A stretch of 64,000 nt of DNA. It comes from Yuukianura sp. NJ FZ-2021 (taxonomy: Eukaryota). Made by a program: the position numbers and the translations under genes. The DNA is taken from NCBI GenBank assembly GCA_046563655.1, contig CM102284.1:1364001-1428000 (forward strand). The letters are read 5' to 3'. This document shows, in pieces, positions 11,246 through 23,006 of this stretch. The notes under the pieces were generated by a model, which did not search any database, was not told the DNA's origin, and worked only from the letters and a program-made list of their open reading frames with translations. Positions within the stretch are counted from its first letter, which is position 1. Each line of letters begins with the position of its first letter.

Positions 11246-13924
11246 CTATTTGGTTCCGGCATGTGGAATGTGCTGGTCACGAATATTTGGTGACGCATTT
11301 GCGCTCAATGGAAGATAAAAGTTCCCTTTGACCCTAAAATCCGAATAAATTATTACTTGTGTTAAAATTGGCATTAATTTTGTAATTCAAAAAAAAAATT
11401 AAAAAAAAAATTAAAAAGACAAACTGCGAATTCAAGCTGAACGCTTCAACATTCTGAACACAATTTCTGGGCTTTGTGCATCCGTACTGGTTGTTTCCTT
11501 TGCATTTGCAACCTTTCATTACTTCACCCAGGATAGAACGTTCATAATAGTCAACTGCATATCCATGGCTACAAAATGCAGCAGTAGCTATAAATAGAAC
11601 ATTATTTCTTAATAATATATATATTTTTATATTATATCAAAAGTAATTTTTTGTACTACGTAAACGATAACTTCAAGTGTCATTATAGGGCTGTCAAACA
11701 TATATATTAAAAGCCTCCGAAATATTGAAAAAATTTTTAAATCGCCCAGGTATTTATATACTTAACATTGAGGGCATGAGTAAAAAAAATATTTAGCAAG
11801 AAAATACTGTTTCGTTAACATGAAGGGTACGGAGACTAGGGGTCGAAATTCGGATTTTGACTTCGGATTCAAATCCGAATTTTTGACGAATCCGAATAAT
11901 TCGGAATTCGGATTTGACAGCAAGCGAATTCGGATTCAGACGAATTTGAGACTTAAATAGATGTAGGCGCGAATTTAAATTTTAAGACCCAATTTTTAAA
12001 ATTCCGACAAGGAACAGAATCGTCAAGTTCTTGCAGGAAATGACGAAAAAAGTAATGGTCGAAGCAGACGCCGAGCAAGAAATTGAAGTAACTGAAGAAC
12101 CCCAGAATTTAGCAAAATAAAAAAAGAAGAAACGCTTATGCCCAGAACTGGAATCAAAACACGACCAGGCATTAAATTACATTTCAAAGCATGCTCATCG
12201 ATTCAAAACAAAATCTGGTGAAAAGGACTTAACGGCAACAATTAAGAAGGAAATGACCATGTTCGAAAATGGTGGTAACCGGGGTCCCCATTTGGAGCTC
12301 TGCTACAATTTCCTAAAAATTGTTCCACCAACAGCAGTTGAAGCGGAGAGATCATTTTCGTCTGCCGGATATTTTTGTAACAAAATAGGATCACGCCTAA
12401 GCGATGACACTTTGACAAACTCTGCTTTCTTCATTCGTATTTTCAGGTTCTCTCAATTACTGAGAGTCGTTGTCATCACTACTGAGTCTCAATACTTTTT
12501 GCTTTAGAAAACAACCTCAACATTGACGGGTAGTTATTTTATAGTGTTCAATTATAAATAAAAGTGTTATTTTTTAATTTCTATTATGTAAGGGCGAATT
12601 TCTTAAAAAAATGAAATCCGAATCCGAATTCGGATTTTGCCGAGATCAAATTCGGATAAATTCGGAATTCGGATTTGGGCAAAACCACCACGAATTTCGA
12701 CCCCTAACGGAGACTAAATATGTTTGACATCCCTGCTCATTAGTAAACTGTGTTACTGTTTTTAACAGAGTTGATTGATAATGGTGGGCATCCAGGTTGT
12801 TGAGATCCACCGTTGGCCCAAAAGTCAGCTTGGCCGATACGTTTTGCAATTCCAAAAACTCCCGCGTCTGTGTGCAGCACTTCAACATACTTTGCTTTTG
12901 AAGCGGTTAGCATGTATTGCTCTGGAACTACTTGATACAGTGGACCTAACAAGTTTTGGAAAAAATTTCGTCTTTAAAAAAATTAAAAAAAATTTCTTTT
13001 TGAAAAGAAAAATGGTTAAAGTTGTAAATTTTTGAATTTGGTTTGCAGAATTTCATAAATTTTTGAAATGTTAAATGAATTTACCGGCAGGATCTAGACC
13101 TGTAATGCGTGAAACATTTTTGTTGTATTCTCTTTGAACAAATCCGCCAGCTACTCCACTCGTATGAGCACCTAAACTATGCCCGACAAGGTGAAAACTT
13201 TGAAAATTTGGAACAACTTTTTTGGAAACCAAAAATTTCAAAAACTGGGCTATGCGCCTTCCTACAGTCAACGTATTTTTTACAGCGATTGGGTAATTCA
13301 GCACATCTGCCGGATTGGGCAAATCGTTTTGTGATTGTCCATTTGCCGCCGCCAGTTTGCCCCAATCCACACAAATCGTGTTAGACAAACCCCGGTAAAA
13401 GCGAGCTAAAGTTCATAAAATGGATTGAAATTTTACTCAAGGAAAGTTTAGTATACGAGGCTTTCATAAAATCCTTGTTTGAATTTTACCGCTTTTTAGT
13501 TGAAAACAACCGCCCGTTGTATAATTATTTTTAAAACCGTGGGTGTACACAAAAACGGGTTCGTTGAGTACGAAATTCAATTTTTTTAAGGTTTTTACTT
13601 TTCCGTAAACAATTTCCCGACTGCGGTCTGGATTTCTAAAAAACCAAAACAGTTTTTCAGTAAATTCTGAGTACCTTGAAATTCGAAATTAAAATTTTCA
13701 GCCGGTTATAGAATATACGTTTTGTCTGGGAAATAATAGAAATGAACGTCATTTGGATTTCCCGAAGTTGCCAATCCAGCTTTGACGAAAAACTTTTCAA
13801 AATCTTCCGGAATTGGAAATATCGCTTCTCCAGATTCTGTTTTGAGCAAAACCGTCAACGGCAAATGTGTCATTACAAAAACTATACAAAAACTAACAAA
13901 TTTGGCGTAAATTAGAGGATTCAT
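11246..13924 (-). CDS. Secreted pancreatic-lipase-like / phospholipase A1-like lipase, about 6 exons
   Basis: Signal-like N-terminus, YTHGF, VDW, nucleophile GHSLG, GLDPAG, VEVLHTD, DFWANGG..QPGC, CSHGYAVDYY (catalytic His), terminal GNFYL exon; splice phases checked at several junctions. Confidence 0.92.
11686..12735. mobile_element. Older hAT-like MITE (outer element) in the lipase intron
   Basis: Inverted ends tagggctgtcaaacatat (11686) and atatgtttgacatccctg (to 12735), 2 mismatches; degenerate flanking tcatta repeat. Confidence 0.6.
11837..12706 (+). mobile_element. Non-autonomous hAT transposon (internal-deletion derivative)
   Basis: Perfect 16-bp TIR taggggtcgaaattcg; 8-bp TSD acggagac (11829-11836, 12707-12714); ttcggatt/aatccgaa subterminal repeats; hATC dimerisation remnant VPPTAVEAERSFSSAG...SRLSDDTL (~12253-12420). 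Confidence 0.93.
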
Positions 13925-15236
13925 GTTTAAAATAGCTCGAAACTAAAAACCAACCAATTCCTAGCAAATTTTTAGACTTTCTGTTTAAAAAGTAGAACTC
14001 AAAAAACTGATGCAATTGGGTCAAAAGCAAAAGAAAGTTTTGGTTGACATAAGTCGGTCAAAATAAATTTCTTGGAAATTTCATGACATTTTGAGAATTT
14101 AAGATAGTAATAATAAGAATTTCTTGAAATGACATGAACTCTGTATGAAATATTTTCAAAATATGCTGTTCAAAATTATTTTTTGAACAAACTTGCATAA
14201 CAAAGTTTTTCTTTGTATTTGTCAAACATTTTTTTTTAAACAAAACCACAGTTTTTTATGGGTTTTCAGAAAATTATAGTCTAGTCTGTTGTTTAAAAAA
14301 AAACACGATTTGAACCGTATGTGCCGAAAATTTCTCTAAAAAGACCGCCGTGTAATTCCAAGGCCGCTTTAGCTTTTTAATATTATTCACAGCTAATGCA
14401 CTAATTAGTTAATAATCTAACCAAACCAGCGGAAGCAAAATTTGACCCGAGCAGAAGTCTAGTTTCTTCGATTGATTCAAATAACAAACAAAATACCACA
14501 ACACAATCAACAACAACAACAACAACCAAAAAACCATGCAAAACATGGAAAAAGAAATGCAGGACTCGGAGACCCAAAGATGACAGCGAAACGCGAAATT
14601 CAAACTCGAAACGGGGTTCCGATTGACGTCGTTTTAAATTTTTATTATTAAGAAAATTTTTTAATTTAATTTTAAAAAAATTTAAGCCAGAGTTCGCTAG
14701 GGCTAATCAGCATTTTGTGAAACTCAAAATTTTAAAGAAGAACTGAAATAAGAACACCACCGTAATTTCTGTAGATTCAAATTTTCTATTTGCTTGGTGT
14801 TTGAACTGTTTTAAAAACTTAATTTTCTTGTAAATTTTCTTGCAAGCTGAACATGAGACAAATTTTTTTCATACAATATTCATTTTTAAGTACCAAAAAA
14901 TAAACGCTTAACTTCGATAATCGACAGATTTCGTGGTAGGTTTTTACTGATTTCCTTTTGTTATAAATAAAAAAGAAATTTCTCCCGCGTCACTTTTTTG
15001 AATAGAAATATTTTTGTTTAGTAGAAACCGCTTTTCCAAGGCTACCAGCCATTGTTCAAATTTTGACTACTTTGGCGGTAAGCGTCAGCGTATGGACGTC
15101 ACAGTCATTGTTTTGTCCCACAATGGCGACATTTCCCAATGTCAATTTTTGTCATAAAGTCGATTTCAATTGCATAAAAGTTTAGAAACTTTTTTTTAGT
15201 TTTGGTTTCACTGTCGCTCGAAAAGCAAGCAGTGAC

Positions 15237-16052
15237 ATGGCTGTTTCCGTTAACCTAATTCAGGTCATCGCTGTTGCCCTGCCTATCGTGTATATCACGC
15301 AGGCTCAGCTGATGATGCCACGTTTTCCTGCGATGCCAGGAATGCCACAGATTGAGAACCCAAAGCAGGAAGCTCTAGAAAAAGCCAACAAGGCTGCTCC
15401 TTCTCTTGCATCGTACAACTTTACTAATGCAAGTACGTTTTTGACTGACGGAAAAGTGTCGGAGTTCAGCTCCAAGGACTTTGGCAGCAACAAGCAAATC
15501 CAAGATGATTCAGGACAAATAGTTCAGAAGACCATTGCTGCTAAGATGTTTGCTGAAAACAAAAGTGCAGATGCAACTGTGCTTGCAGATAAACAGCGAA
15601 TCAGCAAATTTGCCAATGCTACGGCTAACTTGGAAGATAACTTCAAAGTTGCTGATGGAAATACGACATCGCAAGTTTCCAAGAGCGCAGGCGGAGAACA
15701 TGCTGCTATGCATGTAATCAAGGATCCACTGGGTAACGTTAAGGCAGTTCCGCAGAAGGGAAGAACGGTGGTAGGAGTAGCTGCAGCGGCAGCAAAGGAA
15801 GTGGCCAAGCCTAAGGAGGCGACAGAACCAAAGAAAGCTGAGTCAAAGGAGTCAAAAGAATCAGGATCTGAGGAGTCAGAGGAGCCGCAGTCTGAGGAGG
15901 CAAAGGAACCTGAGTCAAAGGAGTCAAAAGAATCGGAGGAGTCCAAAGAATCGGAGTCAAAGGAGTCCAAAGAATCTGAGTCAAAGGAGTCAAAAGAAAG
16001 TGAGCCGAAGGAGTCAAAAGGAAATAAGCCAGAGTCAAAAGAAGATGATTAA
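15237..16052 (+). CDS. Intronless secreted protein with C-terminal charged (ESK/ESE) repeats; function unknown
   Basis: 271-aa ORF, hydrophobic signal peptide, cataaaag TATA-like element at ~15173, AATAAA downstream (~16154). Confidence 0.8.
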   Translation: MAVSVNLIQVIAVALPIVYITQAQLMMPRFPAMPGMPQIENPKQEALEKANKAAPSLASYNFTNASTFLTDGKVSEFSSKDFGSNKQIQDDSGQIVQKTIAAKMFAENKSADATVLADKQRISKFANATANLEDNFKVADGNTTSQVSKSAGGEHAAMHVIKDPLGNVKAVPQKGRTVVGVAAAAAKEVAKPKEATEPKKAESKESKESGSEESEEPQSEEAKEPESKESKESEESKESESKESKESESKESKESEPKESKGNKPESKEDD

Positions 16053-16848
16053 GCTGACGAGCCCGAAAAACAATGGCTGTTACGATCGAAATTTTAAAAT
16101 CATTTAAAAAATCATGTTAAAACTTGATTCAATTATGACGAGAAAATGATTAAAATAAAAACTGAATAAACTAAAACTTAAATTAAAAAATAATCGGAGT
16201 GGCTTTTTTTTAAATTATGTTCTAAAGACTTCAAAATTCGGAAAAAAAAACTTATCTTTAGTGAATACTGCACCTTACACCAACATATAGTTCAAGCATA
16301 TCTGCTAATTGATTGGACTGCGCCTTCCTTGTCATTCGAAACAAAGGAAAAGGATAGTTATGTTCACTTCAAGGTCAAATTCTCATTCGGTATAGGCTAA
16401 ACAATTGAAGGTCAATTCTTGACATACAAGTAACCGCCACAATTTAAATTTCGAATGTCCAAGACAAGATTCACTAACATAACCAATTTAAAAATTTTGA
16501 ACCTGCAAAATCAGATAAATGAAAAGTTTCGCTAAAAAATTTTTCTCAAAAAACTGGTAAAAAAAAAACCTTGGACCAGTGTAATTCAACTAATTAAAGC
16601 AAGTGGAAGTCAAAACGGAAACGCAAATTTATTTTCCAATTTAAAAATTGTTGTAAGATTTTTGATTCTAAGCCAATTCCAAGTACAACAAACGTAAGTG
16701 AAAGGAAATGAAAGGAAACGATAACATTTAGGATCAAATTTGAAACATAAACGAATATTTTGTTGTTATATTTTTTGTGTATAATTTTATACAGATTTAT
16801 TTAGTAGTATATTCCGTATTTAGTAGTAGTGTAAGAAATGGCCCTGTT

Positions 16849-17841
16849 TCATCCATTGGGTGGATCCCAATAGTTGTATCTTGGGTACTGTTGATAACCA
16901 AAATGAAAATTATCATTTTAGCATAAACTTTTTAACATTAACTTTTAACATGAAGTTAAAACCATAACTAATATCTACCATTAATAACTTTTAGAATTGT
17001 TCTTACAATTGGAAGACAATATGTTTCCCACCATTCTCCCTGCTCTGGTGTGGGGTATTCCTTATGCAGCAAGCTGCGGTGCCGGCAAACACGTTGCCTG
17101 TTTTTGCCGTGGTTATAGCAACATTGCACAGTCTTTGCTACTCCTGAAGAATAATCCCCTATGTTGCCAAATTCATTTAACATAATAGCTTACACAAATA
17201 TTTCAGTATATTCCCAGCCTTATTGATCATCAACGGCCGGATAAGAAAGATAAATCTTTGTTACAACTTTCCCTTCTTTAAAAACTTATACAAATTTCAA
17301 ATATCTTATAAATTCTTTTTTTTGAAGATATTACTTTTTCGGAGCTTTAAAGAAATTTTTAATATCTTAAAAAGACGTGTTTTGCATCCTTCTTATCCGG
17401 GGTATGTTGATTATGTACTAAATGCATTTACGGTATACATATGTATGCAAAGTTGTACATGCTAAATTATTGCGGTTACGGTTTAATTTTACATGAACTT
17501 ACAAACTCCAAATCCACACCTACAAAATCAAAATTTATATTCACCGATTAAAGTCGATTTAAAAATGAAGGAAAGAAAAATTTACCTTTCCCAGTCAATT
17601 TTACACTGAAATCGAAACAAGAAAATTTATTAAATGTTTTACCGAAGTTTTTCGTTCTAACTTTGTATTTGTTAAAAGACCAAGCTTAGAGTTGAGTTTA
17701 TTTGGTAACAGCACTTACCTGATGTGTTGGGCATCCGAAAAAATCGGCTATGCAGGGCAACACTTCCTGATTGGGTGGTGGGGCAGCGTCCAAGTAGAGG
17801 GCGCTAGCAATAACAAGTAAAATGAAGCGGAGGAATGGCAT
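16849..17841 (-). CDS. Small secreted 8-Cys peptide (~116 aa), 5 exons including two micro-exons
   Basis: Exons 17841-17719, 17605-17586, 17519-17503, 17158-17007, 16887-16849 join through GT-AG introns with matching phases (0,2,1,0); signal peptide MPFLRFILLVIASALYLDA. Confidence 0.75.
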
Positions 17842-18355
17842 CGTTCCAATTGTAGTTACTTGTTCAAAAACTAAACTCATTCTAAAAATCTTCTTCTTTT
17901 GTATTTCGGATTGACGCAAAGGAATTGAATTAGCGTTAATAGCGACATGTTTTCTTTAAACAAAGGAGAAAACTATTGAGTCCTTCACTTTGTTGGCCTA
18001 CAAGGGCAAGTCAAACGCCCGACACTTTTTATGCTTTTAAAAAATATTTACTATAAATATTTACTAGTTCACCTTGATTTACAAGGTTAATTTCAGCATT
18101 ACGAATTACCGACATTTTACAACTTTGTGCATGTCAAAAGTTAAACTAACTGCTAGTTTATGCAAATATCAGCAACACGAAGAAGAAGTTTATTTATGTT
18201 TTGCTTTTATGAGGCAGAACACTTGCTATTATTGCACAAACGCAACAACTGCAAATTGGAACTAACAAGTACAAAAAAATTTAGGGAATGTTTTGCATTG
18301 TCAGTTAAAAATGTTGACAAAAGTTGTTTCCAGTTGTCCAAAAAAAGAGTTGAGC

Positions 18356-21132
18356 TCAATCCAAGCAAGTATCTTGAATGCGGTTAACAATTTCCGTAGC
18401 AGAGTCCAACGACTATGGAGTAAATTAATGTAATTAAGTTACTAAGTTAAAAAGTAACTTACTAAAAACTTTTTCGTTTACGAAAAAAAGTTCGTAACGA
18501 TCATAGGAAATTACCTTGATGAGAAGCAAACACCTCTTTCTGGCAATAACAATGTTTTCAGGCTCCACCATCAGCTGGTCAACGCGAGCTGAAGCGGATT
18601 TTACCTGGGAGAATTCAAAATATTAACACAGATTTGTAAAAATTACACAGAACATGTTACTTCAAAGAATAACTTGAAACGTCTAGAGCGACTCACGACG
18701 TTGACATGGAACTTGTTCATTGTCTGGCGGTACATGATGTACATGACCCGTTTTGGAAGGTAGTCCATAATGTTCCTCTGAACACATCCAAAGTAGGTTT
18801 GGACCAACTTTTGAATGTACGTCAGTTGCTGGTAGTTGACTCCGCCTTCTTCAGTGGACATTGGAAATGCAACCAAGTCTCGAGCTGCCGTGGTCCTGTG
18901 AACTGTCTCTGGAAATACTGCTAGCAAACTCGTTTTCGAGCCATTTCCATTGTCCTCCAGTGCTCGAGCTGGGTACTAAAACCATCGAAAATAATATACA
19001 TATAATAAATCAAAACTGATTAACGTGTGTATTGTAACAACTCGATACCTTAAGCAGGTCATTGAACTTGTCATCTCTAGAGAAGATCATGATGAGATGC
19101 TCCTCGAACATGGCATTGATTACGTCCTTCATTGTGACCAAACTTTCTTGAAGTAGATTGCGCATGACTGACGAAATTTCGCTGTTCAGCTTCGGAACAC
19201 GGCCGTCCTTGAGGCAAAGTTTAAATGCCGCCAGGAGAATCTCGTGCATTTGGACACAAAGTTTTTGGCAAGGAGATTCCAGTAGAAGAATTTGCTTCTT
19301 CGCCAGTGCTTTAAAAACTTCCTAAAAACGAACGTTTGCAATTCATTAAATTTGATATTTTTTTGTATAGTTTTCACCTCAATAGAGACAAATCGTTCCC
19401 AGTTGGTTGTTTGTTTGATCATGTTCTCAATGTCCCCATGCTCCAAGCCTTCTAATCCATTAATTGCGTCCATTTTGTTACAATAGTCCACGATTATCAT
19501 GGCAATTTTGGAACCAACAGAACGATCGTTCAATTTCTCTTGAAGTGACGTCCTCTGCTCCACACTATGCTCAAAATCCTTTTCAAAATTTCGGATAACT
19601 TCCGTCATGAGCTGCATTTTCTCAAATTTGGTTTCTGGTAACTCTGCTCCGTAAGTATTGAGCAGTTGATGCTGTTCATCAGTCAATTGGGAAATCCTGG
19701 CCTGAAACACAAAATACGAGTTATTTAATTTAATTAGCAATTTGTGCTGTTCTTTGGTCAGTCCAGCAATTCAAGTCTGAAAAAACGACAGTGAATACAC
19801 CGTGCAAGTAATTAAATGACTATTTTCGGAACAATGTACTTTTCGGAGCAATTAACATTTCGGAGGAATTGGTTAAGTCAAAATTCATTCGAAACAATAC
19901 GTTTCGGCGTAACTAAATTTTAAGTAAATTAAATGAATTGTTTACTTTCAAATCCGGAAGACATTTTTGAATATGATCCAACAGGAGTTCGTTCAGCCTT
20001 TTCGCCAAATACACTGACCCAATTCTGCCAGCCAGAAGCGGATACTGTTCTTCGAGTTTTCCAATTTCATCGTTTAGAGCATCCTCAACTGATTTGTTGT
20101 TGTTTAAATCCTGTTGTGATCGATTAATAACACCAATAATTCCTAGTTTGACAGGAATAACGCGTCCCTCCAATTCCTTTTCAGCGGTGACGCCTTTGTC
20201 CAGAAGATCCAACTTTGTTACTACTGCTAAAGTCCGCTCTCCATTTGGATCCAATTCTTTAGCAATTTTCAAACTTTCGGAAGTAGCCAAATCAACGTTC
20301 CCGGCTGAAACGGCTAAAATTATGGCATTTGGATTGCTGATGTAGTGTTTGATCATTCGCATGACTTGGGTTTCAATGTTGCGTGGTTGGTCTCCAACTG
20401 GATTCTAAGGTTAAAAAAAAACCGAAAATTTGTTGCTCACGTTTTTCTTTTTCTATTTTTTTTTTGAAAATGTGAGTGAAGAACTTACTTTGACCATGCC
20501 CGGCAAATCGACAACTGTGAGAGATACGACATTTGGAGCGAAAATTCGAACCACGATTGGCGTATTCGTAATTCCTTTGTTCGTTCCTGCCACTTCATTT
20601 GTCTTGGCTTCAATGGCAGCCTGGAGCTCATCGTAATCCGTGTAGCGCTTGATAGTGTCGTCCCCATTTTCACAACCAGGGTCAGATTCTGATACGAATT
20701 CACTCCATTCATCTGCAAACGTTTCAAAACCAAGTCAACACCAAAATCGAACCGGTCCAGTCCAACCCAACAAAAACACATTAAGTTTTAAATTTTAAAG
20801 TTAAATAGTTTACCTTCTCCTTCCTGGATCTGGTTCAACTGGATGATGATTGGGCATCGAGTGACAATTCCTGTACCCCTTGGCAGAAACGACTTTCGAA
20901 CGAGACTCTCCAGAACCGAACTTTTCCCGCAACTCTGCAAATTTTAACAAATTGAAATTTCGAACAGGATTTTCGAACGTCATCAGTTTCTTTTTTTCCT
21001 GAAAAACTTGGAAGTGAAACTCTACTTACCTGGGATCCCACAACCACAATTTGTGGTTAGTTCAACTTCTTCCATTCCAACATTCTTGAAAACGAGTTGA
21101 AGTTCGTTGATTACCGGTAACAGTGACTCCAT
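18356..21132 (-). pseudogene. Divergent dynamin-related GTPase (DRP1/DNM1L-like) with a +1 frameshift in exon 1
   Basis: MESLLPVINELQ, PQIVVVGSQSCGKSS (G1), GTGIVTRCP (G2), DLPG (G3), TKLD (G4), middle domain and GED; an extra base at ~21057 (CTA-A-CCA-CAA) breaks the frame. May be an assembly error. Confidence 0.75.
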
Positions 21133-22079
21133 ATTTAACCGTGACCTGTGACCTCGAGAGCGTGTTCGATGCTGTAACGTTCTGCTTACTTCTGTACCGA
21201 TCGACTTCCTCCTACCAACTAAACCAAAACCAATGATGGTCCTGCGAAAGGCTAAATGAAAATGAAACAGCTTCTTGTGGGGCATAACAAAAAAAAATTC
21301 CAGTTTGTTTCTATTGAATTTTTGTTTAAATTTTTAAATTGCTGATATTGAGTGTTTCTCACTTTTTCCGCCAGAGTAGCGTGACCGAGCCCTGATTCAT
21401 TCACATCGACCTTGTGGCCAAAGCCTGAATTGGACCACCCAACGCGTCGACAGCTAATTTGCTTAAAATTGAGCTCCTCCAAAAATTCTGTTTTACGGTA
21501 TTTTAGCCGGAGAAAGCAATGGTGCAATTTGAGGACTTATTCTGTACACGTGTATTATCGACAAGCCGTAGTACCGAGTGCACCATTAACCCCCGTTAAA
21601 ATTTTCTCTTGGGTGGGGAGGAAATTCCTTTAAATCGTGGGTGGTCCAATGCTGTGAGACGGGGGAAAGGACAAAAAATTCGTAAAATTCAGAAAGTTTG
21701 ACTTTCTCATTTACTAGGGGGCTTGAAACACTCGGTAGTTAAGTTGCTCGCACCATACTTTGCCAAAACTGATGAACGACATCACAGTATTTGGCAAAAC
21801 TGTATATGTACACGATACTGTGATGTGAAGGTTTTATTGCAAAAATATAATTAAAGACTTTTCATGCAAAACTCGAGTTTAGATGTTTCTTCTCAATATA
21901 GTTAAAGTACTGCTCAGTCACTGAAATGTTTGTCTAATTAGCAAAATTGAACGAATGGAATTTTATTTGATACAAATGGTGGAGAAAACAGGATGATTTA
22001 ACCTTTCCCATGTTGGTGATTCAGTATTTCAAAATTCATTTACTTTTTTTTCAGTAATATTTCCTGACCATTGACCTGG

Positions 22080-22422
22080 TCAAGCCTTCTTGGCCAATTT
22101 TTCATAGCATTCCTTGGTTGGCTCTTTGGTGCGGCGACGTCCACTCTGTGGAGGAATGGGGCAAAAGCATCGGCTTTTAAGATGGGCGTTCCTGTAGTGT
22201 TTTATACACCTATATTTTAGTCCCATCGACGCGCAGTGATTTTGACATGTTATCGCCATTCCCGGACAACCATAGTCCGCTACAATGGGAAAAAAATATT
22301 TAAATAAATTAGCAAATTCGTTGTGTCGCAAAGTTTGGAAGTTTTGAAAGTCACTTGCCGAATGTGACGGTCAGCAGGAGAGCTGACATCAGCACGGAAC
22401 AGACAAGAAGCGCGCTGTGCAT
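22080..22422 (-). CDS. CSαβ (invertebrate) defensin-like peptide with basic C-terminal extension; 2 exons (22422-22359, 22279-22080)
   Basis: Signal peptide MHSALLVCSVLMSALLLTVTFA followed by DYGCPGMAITCQNHCASMG..C..RCFC (GCP, CxxHC and CxC motifs); phase-1 GC-AG intron. Confidence 0.8.
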
Positions 22423-23006
22423 TGCTTCCAAACCGAGGATTCGGGCAAAGTTCTAAAATTTCGATTGTCAGTTCATTTTTGCTTTGAAAACTCGTTTTTG
22501 AAAAAAAAAATGAGCCGATAAAATTGTGAAAGTTTCGGCTTTGTGCTATTTGTACAAGTTACTTCAATTTTTTTGAAGTGTTCAATTACTTAGGGTCTTT
22601 TTCAGAAGCCTCAGCCTTTGGCGTTCCAGATTTCCTGGAAAAAGATTTCACTAGTGTAGTCAAACCCAAGTACTGAACCAATTCTTCAGAAGAATGATTT
22701 TTTTCTCTTTGTCGCTTGAGTTTTAGCGCTTCGAATCAGTTTGAACAATTGCTCAAGGTCTTTGTATTGGCAGCCAAGCACTTAAAATCATCGGGAACTA
22801 TAAAATATCAATGTCATTGCTTTTATTCAATAACTAAATCAAAATCACACGCCATTACGGAAGTACGTGGGAATTTTTAAAATTTCAAATTACGATTCAC
22901 CACACTCCCTTTATTGCAGCACATACTACCATTTTTAACCTGATATTTTGCAAAATTATTAGAGTTTTCAAAATACATATCACAAGTTCCATATCGCTGC
23001 TGCTGT

